Shown here: positions 1 to 13,973 of the stretch, in pieces
Layout of the letters: each line of letters begins with the position of its first letter
How positions within the stretch are numbered: the first letter of the stretch is position 1
Assembly (NCBI GenBank): GCA_012295275.1
Contig: CM022679.1
Location: 19,654,001-19,718,000 of the forward strand
Length of the DNA: 64,000 nucleotides
Reading direction: 5' to 3'
From: Chrysomallon squamiferum
Taxonomy: Eukaryota > Animalia > Mollusca
Notes under the pieces: generated by a model
Seen by the model: the letters and a program-made list of their open reading frames with translations, nothing else
What the model was told of the DNA's origin: nothing
Databases searched by the model: none
Position numbers and translations under genes: made by a program

Positions 1-84
1 TTATAGCCATGATCATATATAAAATGAATGTAACAATTTCTAACTGACTTTTTAATCCAATTTAGACTGATTTTCTTGTTTTAG

Positions 85-216
85 GGAAAATATGGTAACA
101 TTCAGTACAACATTATTGGTGATGGATCTGCTCTGACATATTTTGAGATTGGTAAATCCAGTGGATTGATAACAGTTCACACTGACCTGTCTACTACTTC
201 CATACAAGAGTTTACA
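85..216 (+). CDS. cadherin exon U1A
   Basis: AG/GT; [19 protein letters not shown]. Confidence 0.9.
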
Positions 217-3200
217 GTAAGTCATTTCAAATATTTTCATCGTAATGTAACAGCAAAGCCAGATTTAAAAAAATCTGATTTGTTTATTTCATGTTTATAT
301 GTTTAAAGATTTGTGATATCGTTACAATAATTTTCTTATCTTTTATCCATAAATGCAGTTAAAAAAAAGGTTTTTACTTATGCCATGAAAGTGAATGAAA
401 TGTAAAATATTCCTATTTCTGTGAATTTGCAAGAGATAAACTTAGAAGTTCTAGTAATCATTGTACCATGTTTCATAAGCCTAAATTCTACATTTATCAG
501 TGTAGAGGAAAAGAAGTGTGGCTGGAATAGGATAGTTGAAGAAGCTATAACCAGAACAGGAATTTTGTATTTTGATCTCTCCCACTGTTAATTATGATGT
601 AAAATCCATTTACACAAGATATATTGCATACTGCAAAACATAGCAAGTAAGGAAATAATTACAAAATGATGCTGCTGTAAAAATTAAATGGCACGTTAAC
701 TGACCAAACATGATGGAAGAAAAATAAGTGATTGACTGTTTATACAGTAGGAGCTCAGAGTTGTAATTTGACCCACACAATGTTCAGGTTGTATTTTCTG
801 TCACCTGTTACAGGTGCGAGTGGTGGCAGCAGATGGAGGTGAGCCAGCGAGATCTGCCACAGCTCTTGTGTTTGTCACAGTCCTGAGAAACTTTGAGGCT
901 CCTGTCTGGTCCCAGCAGACCTACACATCCAGAATACCAGAAACAACATCTGTACTGGACAAAGTGCTAACTGTCAAAGCTGTTGATGGAGATCCCAGGG
1001 TATATGTTGTATAAATAATAAATTAATTTTATAAATATTTCATCTGTATATGAGATATATATTATTTGTTGTTATTATTATTATTATTTTTTTTTTTTTT
1101 TTTTGAAGATTTTAGATTAAATTCTAAATTACTAAAATATTCTTTTTAATTTTTTTTTTTTTTAATAATTTGTATTTCAAATTATATTCAAAATTTGTTG
1201 TTTTCACTGTCTTTTTTCAAACTATTATCAGACTTACAAAGAAGAAATCATGAATCATCATTGCTTTCACAATATCAGTGTTTTCTCTGTTTATTTCTAG
1301 CCTCCAAACAATGATGTATATTATCATTTAAATGGAAGTGATGTGTCTCTTTTCTTCTTTGAAATTGACAAAATAAAAGGTGCAATTAAAATCAGACGAT
1401 CTCTGACCCTAGATAAATCAAGACCAAACCAGTATGAAGTGAGTATTTTTAATCATTTTTTAATCCAATCTAGTCTAACTAAATTTGAAAGTCTTGGAGT
1501 TAGAAATAATGAGAAATTATAGATAAAGTAAATTTTGTTTTTGTCTTGTTTATGTTTTATTGTAGTTATCTCTTTTAGCAACAAATAAAGAAACCAGTTA
1601 ATTCAATCTCACCTGATTGCAATTTGTTTTCATGTTTATGCTATAGATTTGAAATCATAAGTAAATAGAGTTTAATATTTTATGTCATTTTATTCTGTTT
1701 TATTGATTAAACATGAAGTTGTAACTAATTTCTGTCCAGTCTAACTGAGTTTTGACTGTTTCTCCAGTTCACTGTTAGAGCTACAGACGGTGGGACTCCC
1801 TCACTGACCTCATCAATCAACATCCCTGTGAGGATCCAGGTGTACAGAAACAACCAGGCACCCAAGTTCACCAGAGAACACTATCAGCAAATCATCCAGG
1901 AAGGAATAAAGTCAACAGATAGCTTGGTTACACTAAAGGCTGAGGATAATGACCCTGATGTTAGATTATTAATAATAAAGTGTTATTAATATTTGTCATG
2001 TAATAAAAAATCAAGCTTACAATTAAAAAAAAAAAGCACTTCTTTATAATGGTTTCAGATTTGGAAATGTAAAGTAATTTTTGCATGAAATGATATCAGT
2101 TGTTTGAGATATGTAGTCTCAGTGCAGGCATTTTTCAGACTTACGTAAGCATTGATTTAAATAGTGTGGCTTTATCTGTCAACAAAGTTTTTGAATTAGT
2201 TAAATTGTACCAATATTTTTATTTTTATTTTTTATCATTAAGAAGATGGATATTTGCTTATAGTGTCTGTTTAATTCAGCTTGACTTCAGTCAGATAACA
2301 TATTCTATTGACGGCCCAGACACTGTTCTCAACTTGTTTTCCATCAACAATAAAGGCATCATCCATGCATTGGATGCAGCAGCAGCAGAAACCATTAATA
2401 TGGGATCAGAGACAAAATATAATGTAAAGCTTCTTTTCATACTAGATTTTATTTCTTTTTATAAGAAAATTCATATATTAACCACACATCACTACAAATG
2501 ACAGATTGTAGACCTTAGAATAACAAAATGCAGCATATAACAAGTATACATTTTACATTATATTTGCCAATGATATTTAATTTGTTACCTTTGACAGTCA
2601 CAAATATATACATATTACTTTATTTTTGCCAGTTGGAATATATTTATTTCATTTTCTGTGTCAGTCACAGATTTATATGTTTTATTCTATCTTTGCTAAT
2701 ACATATTTTTCAAAATGTCTGTGATTTCAGATTTATGCCCGAGCTGCTGACAAGGGTGATCCTCCTCTCTATGATGTGTGTCTTGTTGAGCTGAGTGTCA
2801 ATCACAATCTCAACTCTCCAGTAATAGACCCACTGACATACAATCAAACAGTATTTGAAACTATGCAGATTGGAAAGCCTATAACAACAATTAGAGCATC
2901 TGACAGTGACAGACTGGCAAGTATTTTTCAACTATTAAATGTTTAGAATTAGTTTCTCAGATACAGTATGTTTAAAATTGACCAGTGATATCTCAAATGT
3001 TTGTTTAAAATTAACACTTCAGCTGACATTTTGTTTGGTTTTATTTACCATTGAAATTTGTGGCATTATTTCTGCAAGTTCAGAATTTAATTTTTTTTTG
3101 TTGTAATTTTAAATAATTCTGCTCATATTATGATGATGACAAATGTAATGATGAAAAAAAAAATGTTACTGTGCACTGGTGTCTTCAGTAATACTATTTT

Positions 3201-6200
3201 AAAAACTAAAATCATTTGTTAGATAAATTTTATTAAATGATTTCTGTTTCTGGTGTATTAAATGTTAAAGATTAATAATTTGTTTTAGAGTCCTGATAAC
3301 AATATTTTCTACACTCTGACTGGTTCTGCCAAAGTCAAAGACTTTTTTCAAATAAATGAAAAATCTGGCAAAATTTCCATTAGGAAAAGTTTGCTTGAAG
3401 ACCAGTCTCCAGATAATTCTAAATATTTTGTAAGTTTTTAAATATTAATTCCTAAATAAATAAAACTAGTCATTTAATTATTGCTTTGTTTCAGTTCAAA
3501 CATTTTTTATTATTCTAGTTTGATTACATATTGCGTTTTTCTAACATAAGAATATTTATTTTAATTTTATGAAGAAAGGTATTTATTTCTTCTTAAAATA
3601 TTTCTAGCTTTTATTTTACAAATATATAATTATTATAATGAAGAACATTTGAATTATTTCTGAAAACATTAAGGTTGTGATTAGATGTACAGATTTTCAG
3701 TAATATTTATTTTAGACAATAATTAATTTAAAGGTAACCTGATTAAAAAATCTATCTGAAGATTTGGTGCCAGAAAATGAATTTTATTTTCTTTGAGTTA
3801 CAACTATAATCATCCATCCATTACGGTTAATAATCTATTATCATTAATTTGTTTTTTTAAACTTACAGATGCAAGTAATTGCCACTGATAAAGGTTTGAT
3901 TCAGATGACATCAGACCAAATGGCTTCAGTGACAATTAATGTTATTCGTAACAAGTATTCACCTCATTTCATAAACCTTCCTTATGACAAACACATTCCG
4001 CGTACTGCTGGAAAAGGTGCTGCTGTTGTGAAGGTTACTGCTGTAGATGATGATATAGAGGTATATATTGCAACAAATGTTATTGCAAATATTTAAAAAT
4101 GTAAAATTAACATGACTTAAAAGTATTTTATATAATATATTTATTGTAAGGTAAATTTTAATTATTTCTGTCAAATTCATAAAGGTTACAATTTGTTAGC
4201 TAGTTATTGTTTCATCTGACTGTTAACTGGTGTTTTTATTTCTATATTTTAGGTTCCATTCAACAACATTACATACAGCATAGCTGGTCAGACCTCTGAA
4301 AGATTTGAAATTGATTCCATTTCAGGAGATATTACATTAACTCAAGGCATACAGGCAGATTCTGAATCAGCTTATGTGGTAGGTTCATTGATTCTATTGC
4401 ATCCTTTATTTGTTTATGTGTTTCATCAGTTTTTCATCTTATATACAACATACAACATCATCTTAGATGACAGTCTTCATATCTGCATTTGTATAATATT
4501 TGCTAATTCAGTGCATATTAATGAAATTCTTATGGATTCAATTCCCAAATTTAGAGTCTTTGAATATTTTAAATGTCAGATAACTTTTTTCCATCAGAAA
4601 AAGTTTCAGCAAATGTCAGTATAGGAAAGACAACACTTGGTTATGAAACTTAATATAATATTTATTTGTTTCGATTGTACTAGTAAAAAAGGCTTAATAT
4701 TCATAATATAATTGCTTACAAACTGATGCTTAAACTGCCTTAAAAATTATAAAGATTTTCATTTCTTAATTAAGATTTAGAAATTTTATTTATACATTTA
4801 TTATGTTTATTTTACTTTATTTCATTATTTCCTTACAGCTGACTGTAATTGCTACTGATGGTGGAAAGCCTTCAAAGTCAGACTACAACATGTTCACTAT
4901 CTCTGTGGATCACAACTTGTTTGATCCTGTTCTGACACTGCCATATGGACCTACATACGAAAATGAAACCACAATACTGGAGACCACTGGTTTTAATGAT
5001 GTCATTTTTGATGTGGACGCAACTGATAGAGATGTCTCAGTAAGACTTTTCCAAAATAAAGTTTATTTTTTCTACTAAATATTTGTAATAATTCATTCTA
5101 GAAAAAGTAACTTTTAAATAACACACTGGAAACAATGCTGATCTCTTTATTTTATTTTTTATACAGAGTCCTTACAACAGACTTAGATTCAGTATAACAG
5201 GGAATGGCACAGCTCCAAACTGTTTCCTGATCAAGTCTGAAACTGGTGAAATCAGACTTAAATCATCACTACTGCAAGACACTGAAACCAGATACACAGT
5301 AAGTTCTTTTGCTTTGTGGCTTCCACTAACTTAAATTACAGTTGCTCCAAAACATAACAGTTGATACAGTTCTTGAACATTGTTTGTAAGATAAAATTTA
5401 ATATTAATACAATTTATGCTATGAAAATAATAGAAAATTAATTTGTTGTCTGTAATGATTACACATTTAATTATAAACACAAAGGCATTGTTTCCATTCA
5501 AACAAACAACCTGTCACTATGTCCTATTATCAACCAGAGACTCAACTAATTGCTAGTTCATTGTATACATTATCAATTAGAGAAAAGTGATACTTTAATA
5601 GAATCAGTCTTAAAGCTAATACCTTGTAACAAAGAATTATGTATATTTACAGATCATTGTGAAAGTGGCAGATGAAGGCAAACCTGCTCGTTCTGCATCT
5701 GCTACAGCCACCATCCACATCAACGTCATTCGCAACAATTTTGGACCTCAGTGGATTGGTCTGCCATATTCAAAAACTGTCAATGAAGATGTTGCTAATG
5801 GAACATCTGTGTTTGTGGTAGAAGCACAAGATAAAGATATCAGTGTAATTTAATTTATTTATTGAATCCAAGCTTTATAACCTTTTATTTTTCATTCTTA
5901 AGAAGTATAAAATTGCTTTTAATTACGATTCATTTTAAAGTTTCCTTGTAATTATTATTTTCTATTATTATTTATTTTTTATTTTACATTTGTTTGTTAC
6001 TATTATTTATTAACTTATTTATTTTATTGCCTTATTTTTATTTAATTCTTTTTATTAATTTAAAAAAAAATGTATTTACTATTATAATATTTGAAGTTTT
6101 TAAACTATTTCATAATTATTTTTACTTTGATAATTACTGCCATAATTAGATTTTAATTAATTAATGATTAATGTAAAAGGTTTGTTTAATGATATTCTTT

Positions 6201-8368
6201 TCAGGACACATTTGATCAAGTTATCTACTCCCTGATTGGAGATGGAAATGCACCTGACTACTTTTCTATCAACAGCAAAACTGGTGTAATAGTTAATAAG
6301 AAATCTCTCTCTGAAGTGTCAGATTCCATATTTTTTGTAAGTAGTTTATCTGTATATACCAAGCTAATCTATCAAAAGAACCTATATTTACTAGCATGTG
6401 CACATGGACACACACACTCACACACAAAAGACACATACATACATATACACATACAAGTTTTATTTAAATCTTCAGAGATTATTAAATATATAAAAATATT
6501 TCATATTATTTTATAAAACATGTCAATGTTACAGTTAAGAGTACTGGCTGTGGACAATGGTATCCCTCCAAGAACAAACTCAACTGTGGTTGCTCTGACA
6601 GTGAATCGAAATCTCAATCCTCCAGAATTTAAACAGTTTCTCTATGAAAAAACCATTGATGAAAATCAGCCCATCGGGGTTCCATTTTTAACTCTTAATG
6701 GAAGTGATGCTGACAAAACAGTAAGATATTGAGGTGAAATCTTAAAGGTTTAATTAAAAGTGTCACTGGCAACATGACTGATCGTGTTGTTGTTAACAGT
6801 TTTTGATTTGTTTTTTGTTTTTAAATATGTGAAAGTTGTTAGTGTCAGTGATAGAGTTGATAATTGATAAACATAAATAAAAAATTATATCTGTTCCTTG
6901 AAATTGTTTCTTAAATATAGATTGGATCCTATGTAAAGCACAGATAAAAGGTATTTGAGAGAATTTTGTAACTAATGTGTTTCTTCTTTTTTCAAAATAT
7001 TCAGCCACCTCATAACATATTTGAATTTCTCATGGTTGATGATGGCAGTAAAGCTTTCCACTGGTTTTTCTTGGAACCATCCACAGGAGATGTTGTTGTG
7101 ACCCAGTCTTTAACTGATGACACAGATTCTAATAATACTTTATACCAGGTAAATTCTGACTTATAATGTACAAACAGTCCTTGATAAGTTAAATTAACAT
7201 ATTAATATAAATAAAATAAATAATATTTTTGTTAACCATAATAATTAATTATAAAAATGTTTGGTCTGATGTTATATCTGTGTCTTTTACATGTAATGAT
7301 GAGTTTGTGCCCATATATTTATATATTAGGAAATGTAACATGTATACCAAGACACTTTTGTGATTTTGCTTATGACTGAGTACATATGCATATCTGATGT
7401 GAGATACCAGGATAAACCTTTTCATTCAGGAATGATACTTTTAATATCAATATTTATATAAATGCTTAGTACTAAATGAAGTAAACAAATGTTTTATTAT
7501 TTTTAGTTTGAGGCAATGATTCAAGATCAAGGTAATCCCTCTAAAAGAGGTAAAAATACAGCCACTGTTCAGATCAGAGTGACTCGTAACAAACATGAAC
7601 CAGAATTCAGTAAGAATCCAGTTTTTATTTCCATTGATGAAACGAAAGCAGTCATGTCCAGTGTGGGTCAAATTGAAGTTAAGGATATGGATTTGAATGT
7701 GAGTGTCACTGTAATTATTTTTTTAGGGTGGGTAGTATTAGTTCATATTCATATTATTTTCATTGGCTTTTCTTTTTAAATATTTTTTTATTATAATTCA
7801 TTTTATTTTTGGTGGTGTTTCATTTTTATTTATTTATTTATTTACTTTATTATTTTTATTTTTGGTGTCATTTGTTTTTGTTTTTTCACATATTTATCTG
7901 TTATTTTATTTTTCTATATTATTTCATATTAATTTATGGTTTCATTTTCACTTAGGATAGTTACAAATAATTATTTTATTTATTGCTGAATAAAGATATT
8001 AATTTAATTAACTTTTTCATGCATTATATATTATAGGCTTCTCTATCCAGTGAATATTAATTTTATTTTATTTCACTGTAGGCTCCTTTTAATACAATTC
8101 TGTTGCGAGTTATTGGAGATGAAAAAGGGCCTGAGTTTTTCCGTCTGAACACCAATGGAGACATTACTGTACAGCAAGATCTGACCAGAGATACAGAAAT
8201 AAGATATACAGTAATAGAAACTGTCATCAGATACATATTTTACTGAAACCAGCTAATAATACTGAATTAATATTTTTAACAACCAAATCTGTTGCCTTTC
8301 ACTGCTTATGCTAAATGGGCTTAGAAACATTTGATGTATGTATGTATGTGTGTATTTATGTATATATG

Positions 8369-8442
<74 letters not shown>

Positions 8443-10473
8443 GAGCATATCAATAAAAATGTTACAAAACAGTTTATAATACAGAATATTAGTTGCAATT
8501 AAATATATATCATATCAGTCTCTGATTAAATAATGTAATTTTCTCAGCCTAAACTTCCTATACATTTTTATTTCTAATATAACTGATATTAAGTTATTTT
8601 GTTTTAGCTGCGTATTGAAGCTCATGATGGAGGCATACCACCAAAGTCAGCCACAGCTCTAGTTATTATCAATGTTAATAGAAATCTCCATGTTCCTGAG
8701 TTTGTGCTCGATGTTTACCAGAGCAGAATCCCCGAAACCATTGGTCTTGGAGTCAGTGTCTTACAAGTTAAAGCCAGTGATAAAGATAAATTGGTAAGTC
8801 ATAGGTTTGTCAAGCAAATAATATATTCCATAACACAAAAAATTCCATTTGTAAAATAATAAATATATATTTGGATTAAAAAGAAACTTAAATTTGGGAA
8901 CAAAAAAATCAAAAGAAACAGGAGGTGATAGACATATTTTAAATACAAAATATTAAATCCAGTACTTCTAAAATAATAACTATATATTAAATAAAAAAAC
9001 AAGAAGTCTAGTGAACATTAGAAAACAAAAACTAAAATAAATAGATGTTAAATATTAGTAATATTTAATCAGATTATACATTTTTGGGGGAGCAGTCTTA
9101 ACAAGAATATCTGTAATGTGTTTATTGATAACATTTTTGTTACATATTTATTCAGTATAAGTTTGTTTTCAGACAATCTACAACACAGTGACATACAGGA
9201 TAGTAGTTAATCCAAAGAATGAAGCTGGTGTGAAGTATTTCATGGTGGATGAAACTAGTGGAATCATCACAGTACGCAAGTCTCTCTACAGCGACACAAC
9301 AAAACGGCTCAAGTATACTGTTAGTAAATTTTAGATGAATTTTTTACACATTACTTAAATTTGAACATTTATTTAAATTTCATTATTCTTTGTTATTTCA
9401 ATGATTATTTATTCTCTGCATTTGTGTATGTTTTTGATTAATCTACACTGTTAAAACCGAATTATATTCAGGTTTTATACTAAGATATAATAACAGCAGG
9501 AAAAACTGACTGATTACTAAATAATAGGAAGAAAATGTAGGTTTTAATGGAATTACAAAATTAAACACATTCTTTAATTATTACTAAAAATCATGTTTAT
9601 ATTTTCTTTTAATATTTTAACCTTTTTAATTTTCCTCACTGTTTTTCAGTTCTTTGTACAAGCTGTTGATGGGGATGGCCAAACCTCGGTGAAGAATGCC
9701 TTTGTAGCTGTTGATGTTTTCAGAAATCTACACGCCCCAGTGTTTGCCGATGTAGGTTATACAGTGGAGATCAATAACACACATCCTGTCACCTCTCTGG
9801 TGTTTGACTCTCTGGCTACAGATAAAGATGATCATGTAGGTTTTAAATACTGTTAACATCCACACCTCAATCTGCATTCAGATTATTATGATAGTATAAA
9901 ACTGACCATATGTTAAACATTGTTAAATGTGTTTAATAATTTTCAAAAATATTTTGTATTGAAACAAATTTTTAATAAAAATATTGAAAAAGGATTAGTT
10001 TTGCTTTCTTCTTGATAACAGATACAAAAAAAAGTGTTTAAAAATTTAAAAAAAAACACATTAAAAAACTATTTAAAAGGATCTGTTTTGTGGACTTTCA
10101 TGATATTTTTCCAGCCATTGTTCAACACTGTGACATATCGCATTATTGGAGATGATGATGGCCAAGTGTATTTTAGTGTTAACAATGTTAATGGCAGAGT
10201 TTTCCTGGCTAGAAGTGTCAAAAGTATAATACCATCCAAGTTCAAGGTAAGATTAACTTATTTACTATTAGAGGACAATAATATACCTAAAATTAAAAGT
10301 ATGGTTTATGAGGAATGTTGAAAAGAGAAAATGATGGTATAGCTTGAACAAATCTAATACCAAACTTAAAGTTTACATGTGCAATGGACTACCTGGGTAT
10401 TGTTTCCAAGATCCCAAATGTGGCATACAAATGGCTGATTTCAATGCTAAAGCTCATATTTTTATTTCTTTTC

Positions 10474-10508
<35 letters not shown>

Positions 10509-13500
10509 TTAATTTATCTCATACCTCTTATATGAAGCTTATTTCTGAATTTATCTATTTGTTGTAGGTCCGACTGGAGGCCAGGGATGAAGGCATACCT
10601 AATAAAGTTGCCATCAAAGTTCTCACAATTATCGTGAAAGAAATTTTCTAGCTCCTGAATTTTCAAGTTCTTCTTATGAAAAAACAATACTTGAAAGCCA
10701 TCCAGTGGCATCAAAGGTACTCACAGTGTTTGCAGAGGATGGGGATCTTACTGTGAGTTTTATCTGCCTTTTATTGTCATTACTAAGTAAACATCTGTAG
10801 CAAATTAACAGAAAGAAAAAGGTGTTCTTACTTAACAGTAAAAACATTATTACAAAAATTTATTATTATTACATTTAACCTATTTTATTTAAAATATTTA
10901 ACAAATACTTACTTTTATTTACTGTATAAATATTTAATAAAAATGTATTTACCTTTATTAAAATCATTTTACTAATAATTATTTTTATTATATTTAAAGT
11001 ATTTTGCAAATACATAATTTATTTACTGTATTATATTTAATAAAAATTTATTTTGTATTATATTTAACACATTTAACAAATATTTATTACTGTTATGTCT
11101 CTCAGTCTCCAAACAGAGATTTGCAGTACTATGTAGATGGAAGCAATGACAGGTTCATGATTGTGGCTCACACTGGCGTAATCAAATTGAGACGATCTCT
11201 TGTAGGAGAATCAGAAGCATTTTATTCTGTGAGTTTTAAATGCACATAATTTTAATATATTATATTATACAGCAGTAATAGACTTCCCATATTGTAACCA
11301 CTAAACCCACTCAGAAACAAACTGTCTGTACTTAGAAGAAATAACATTGTAACAACATCTTTTCATCATGATAACATTGTGATACAAAGTATTAAAGTAA
11401 ATGTTAATAATCTTTTACAATAATAACTTGTTATACAGTTAATACCTTTTAACAACTTAGTAACATTTTCTTGCAAATACAATAAAATGTTAAAAAGCTG
11501 AGACAAATGTTTTTTTTTTTTTTTTCAGCTCACTGTTTATGCAGAATATAATATTTTACTGAATTTTTCGATTCATTGTTTATGCAAAACATAATATTTT
11601 AATGATTTTGTTCAGTTCATTGTTTATACTGAAGATAATATTTTATTGATTTGTTTTTGTTTTGTTTTTTCAGTTCACTATTTATGCAGAAGATAATATT
11701 TTATTGATTTTTTTTCAGTTCAATGTTTATGCAGAAGATAATATTTTATTGTTTTTTTCAGTTCTATGTTTATGCAGAAGATAATATTTTATTGGTTTTT
11801 TAGTTCAATGTTTATGCAGAAGATAATATTTTACTGATTTTTTTCAGTCCACTGTTTATGCAGAAGATATAGTTTATTTTTTTTTCAGTCCACTGTTTAT
11901 GCAGAAGATATAGTTTATTTATTTTTCAGTTCAGTGTTTATGCAGAAGATAATATTCTATTAATTTTTTCAGTTCGGTGTTTATGCAGAAAATAATATTC
12001 TATTGGCTTTTTCAGTTCAGTATTTATGCAGAAGATAATATTCTATTGACTTTTCAGTTCAGTGATTATGCAGAAGATAATATTCTATTGACTTTTCAGT
12101 TCAGTGATTATGCAGAAGATAATATTCTATTGACTTTTCAGTTCAGTGTTTATGCAGAAGATAATATTCTATTGACTTTTCAGTTCAGTGTTTATGCAGA
12201 AGATCTTGGTGAGCCTCCACTGAGGAGTGAACTCGTACCTGTAACCATTAACGTTACTCGCAATCTGAATGCTCCACATTTCCAGAATGAGCCGTACACA
12301 ACTTCTGTGAAAGCTGATGTAGCTCCTGGCTTTGATATTTTCAAAGTGGAAGCTACAGATAAGGACCTACAGGTACATTTAACATTTGATAATTGAAATA
12401 TAAAATAATATATTTGAATAATTAAAGATATAAAGTGTTCATCTGAATAGTAAAAATTACTGTTTATAAATAATAATAATTACTTCTGAAAATTATGTCT
12501 TCCATGAAACAACACAGGAAACAATTTGAGAATAATAGTTTTTTGTTTATTTTGTACTTAACAAGTTTGTCCTGTGTCTTTACTCCGAAACAGTATTATA
12601 AACAAAATGTTTTTATAATTATTGTTGTTGATTTTTCTGAAGAGAAAACTCTAACTTGTCCAGTTAGACCATCTATAATTATCAGATGTATAATTATCAA
12701 ACTTGTAATAAGATATTAGTGAATAATCAATGAAAATGTTATGTATTTACATTTTCCAGGTCCCTTTCAATAAAATGACTTATGATATCATAGGAGATGA
12801 TAGTGCTGTTGATTTTTTCCACATTGACAGTGATTTGGGACTCATAACATTGAAACAGTCCATGCAATCACATCCAGCAGAGTATTACCAAGTATGTATA
12901 TTATAACAGACAGTTTGTAATGTATTTAAATTACATTTTTCAGTCTCAGGCACACATACACACACTCTATCAGTGTATCTCAGAAATCTATTGAAATCAT
13001 TAGAACTTTAAAAACTTGTCCCACTAAACTTATTTTATTTTTTTTTTTTTTTTTAAAGATTCGAGTGAGAGTAAGAGATGGAGGAAGACCCAGTTTGTTT
13101 GCTGTGACACTTGTCACAGTCAATGTCACACGCAACTTAATGAGACCACGTTTTGACAAAATAATTTACAGTCCAAGAATACTGGAGATTCACAAGTTAG
13201 GAGTTGTCTTTCAGTCCATGGTGGCTCATGACTTTGACACTTTTGTAAGTATCACCAACTGCTACTTTCTTTTACTTAATCTTAGTTTTGCTATTTTCAA
13301 CTTGAATATTTGTGATTATAACTCACTGTTATGTATCACATTCGTTTTCTTAATTTACTCATGATTGTTGTTTAAGCCAGTATAGAGAAATGTAATATTT
13401 GTTTCAGCCTCCTAACAACAAAATAGAGTTTAACCTAACTGGAGATGCAGAGTGTCTGAAATTCTTCAAGATTGGTCCATCTGGGGGTCTTTATGTGGCC

Positions 13501-13934
13501 AGTGACCTAACAGCTGACCAGGCTAAATCCACACTTTATTCTGTATGTATCTGATACTTCTCATTTATTTATTATTCATAGTAGTTGAATTAAACCCTTC
13601 TTTCTCATTTGTTATCTTACAATTTACATTTTCTTTGTAAGTTCATGTAATCAGGAAAATAAGTTTTACTACCCTTCCTTTTACAGAAAGTGTTTGATTT
13701 ACAGATGTTTTAATTGTTAATGTTTTACGTAAATTCTAACTGACTACAAACCCACTGTTTTCAGCCTAGCTAGGGTTGGATATATTCATAGGAAGGTGGT
13801 TATAGGAATTAAAACAACAGGAAAACATGTCAACATATACTGAAATAGATGTTGTAGTTATAGTATTACTGTTATGAATTCAGATACATTAACAACAAAA
13901 ATGTGATGAAGTTCATTTTACACATATACAAATA

Positions 13935-13973
<39 letters not shown>

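Noticed and set aside
11520-12204. CRISPR-like array
   Set aside because: No unique spacers, eukaryotic intron context and no cas genes; it is a head-to-tail tandem repeat.
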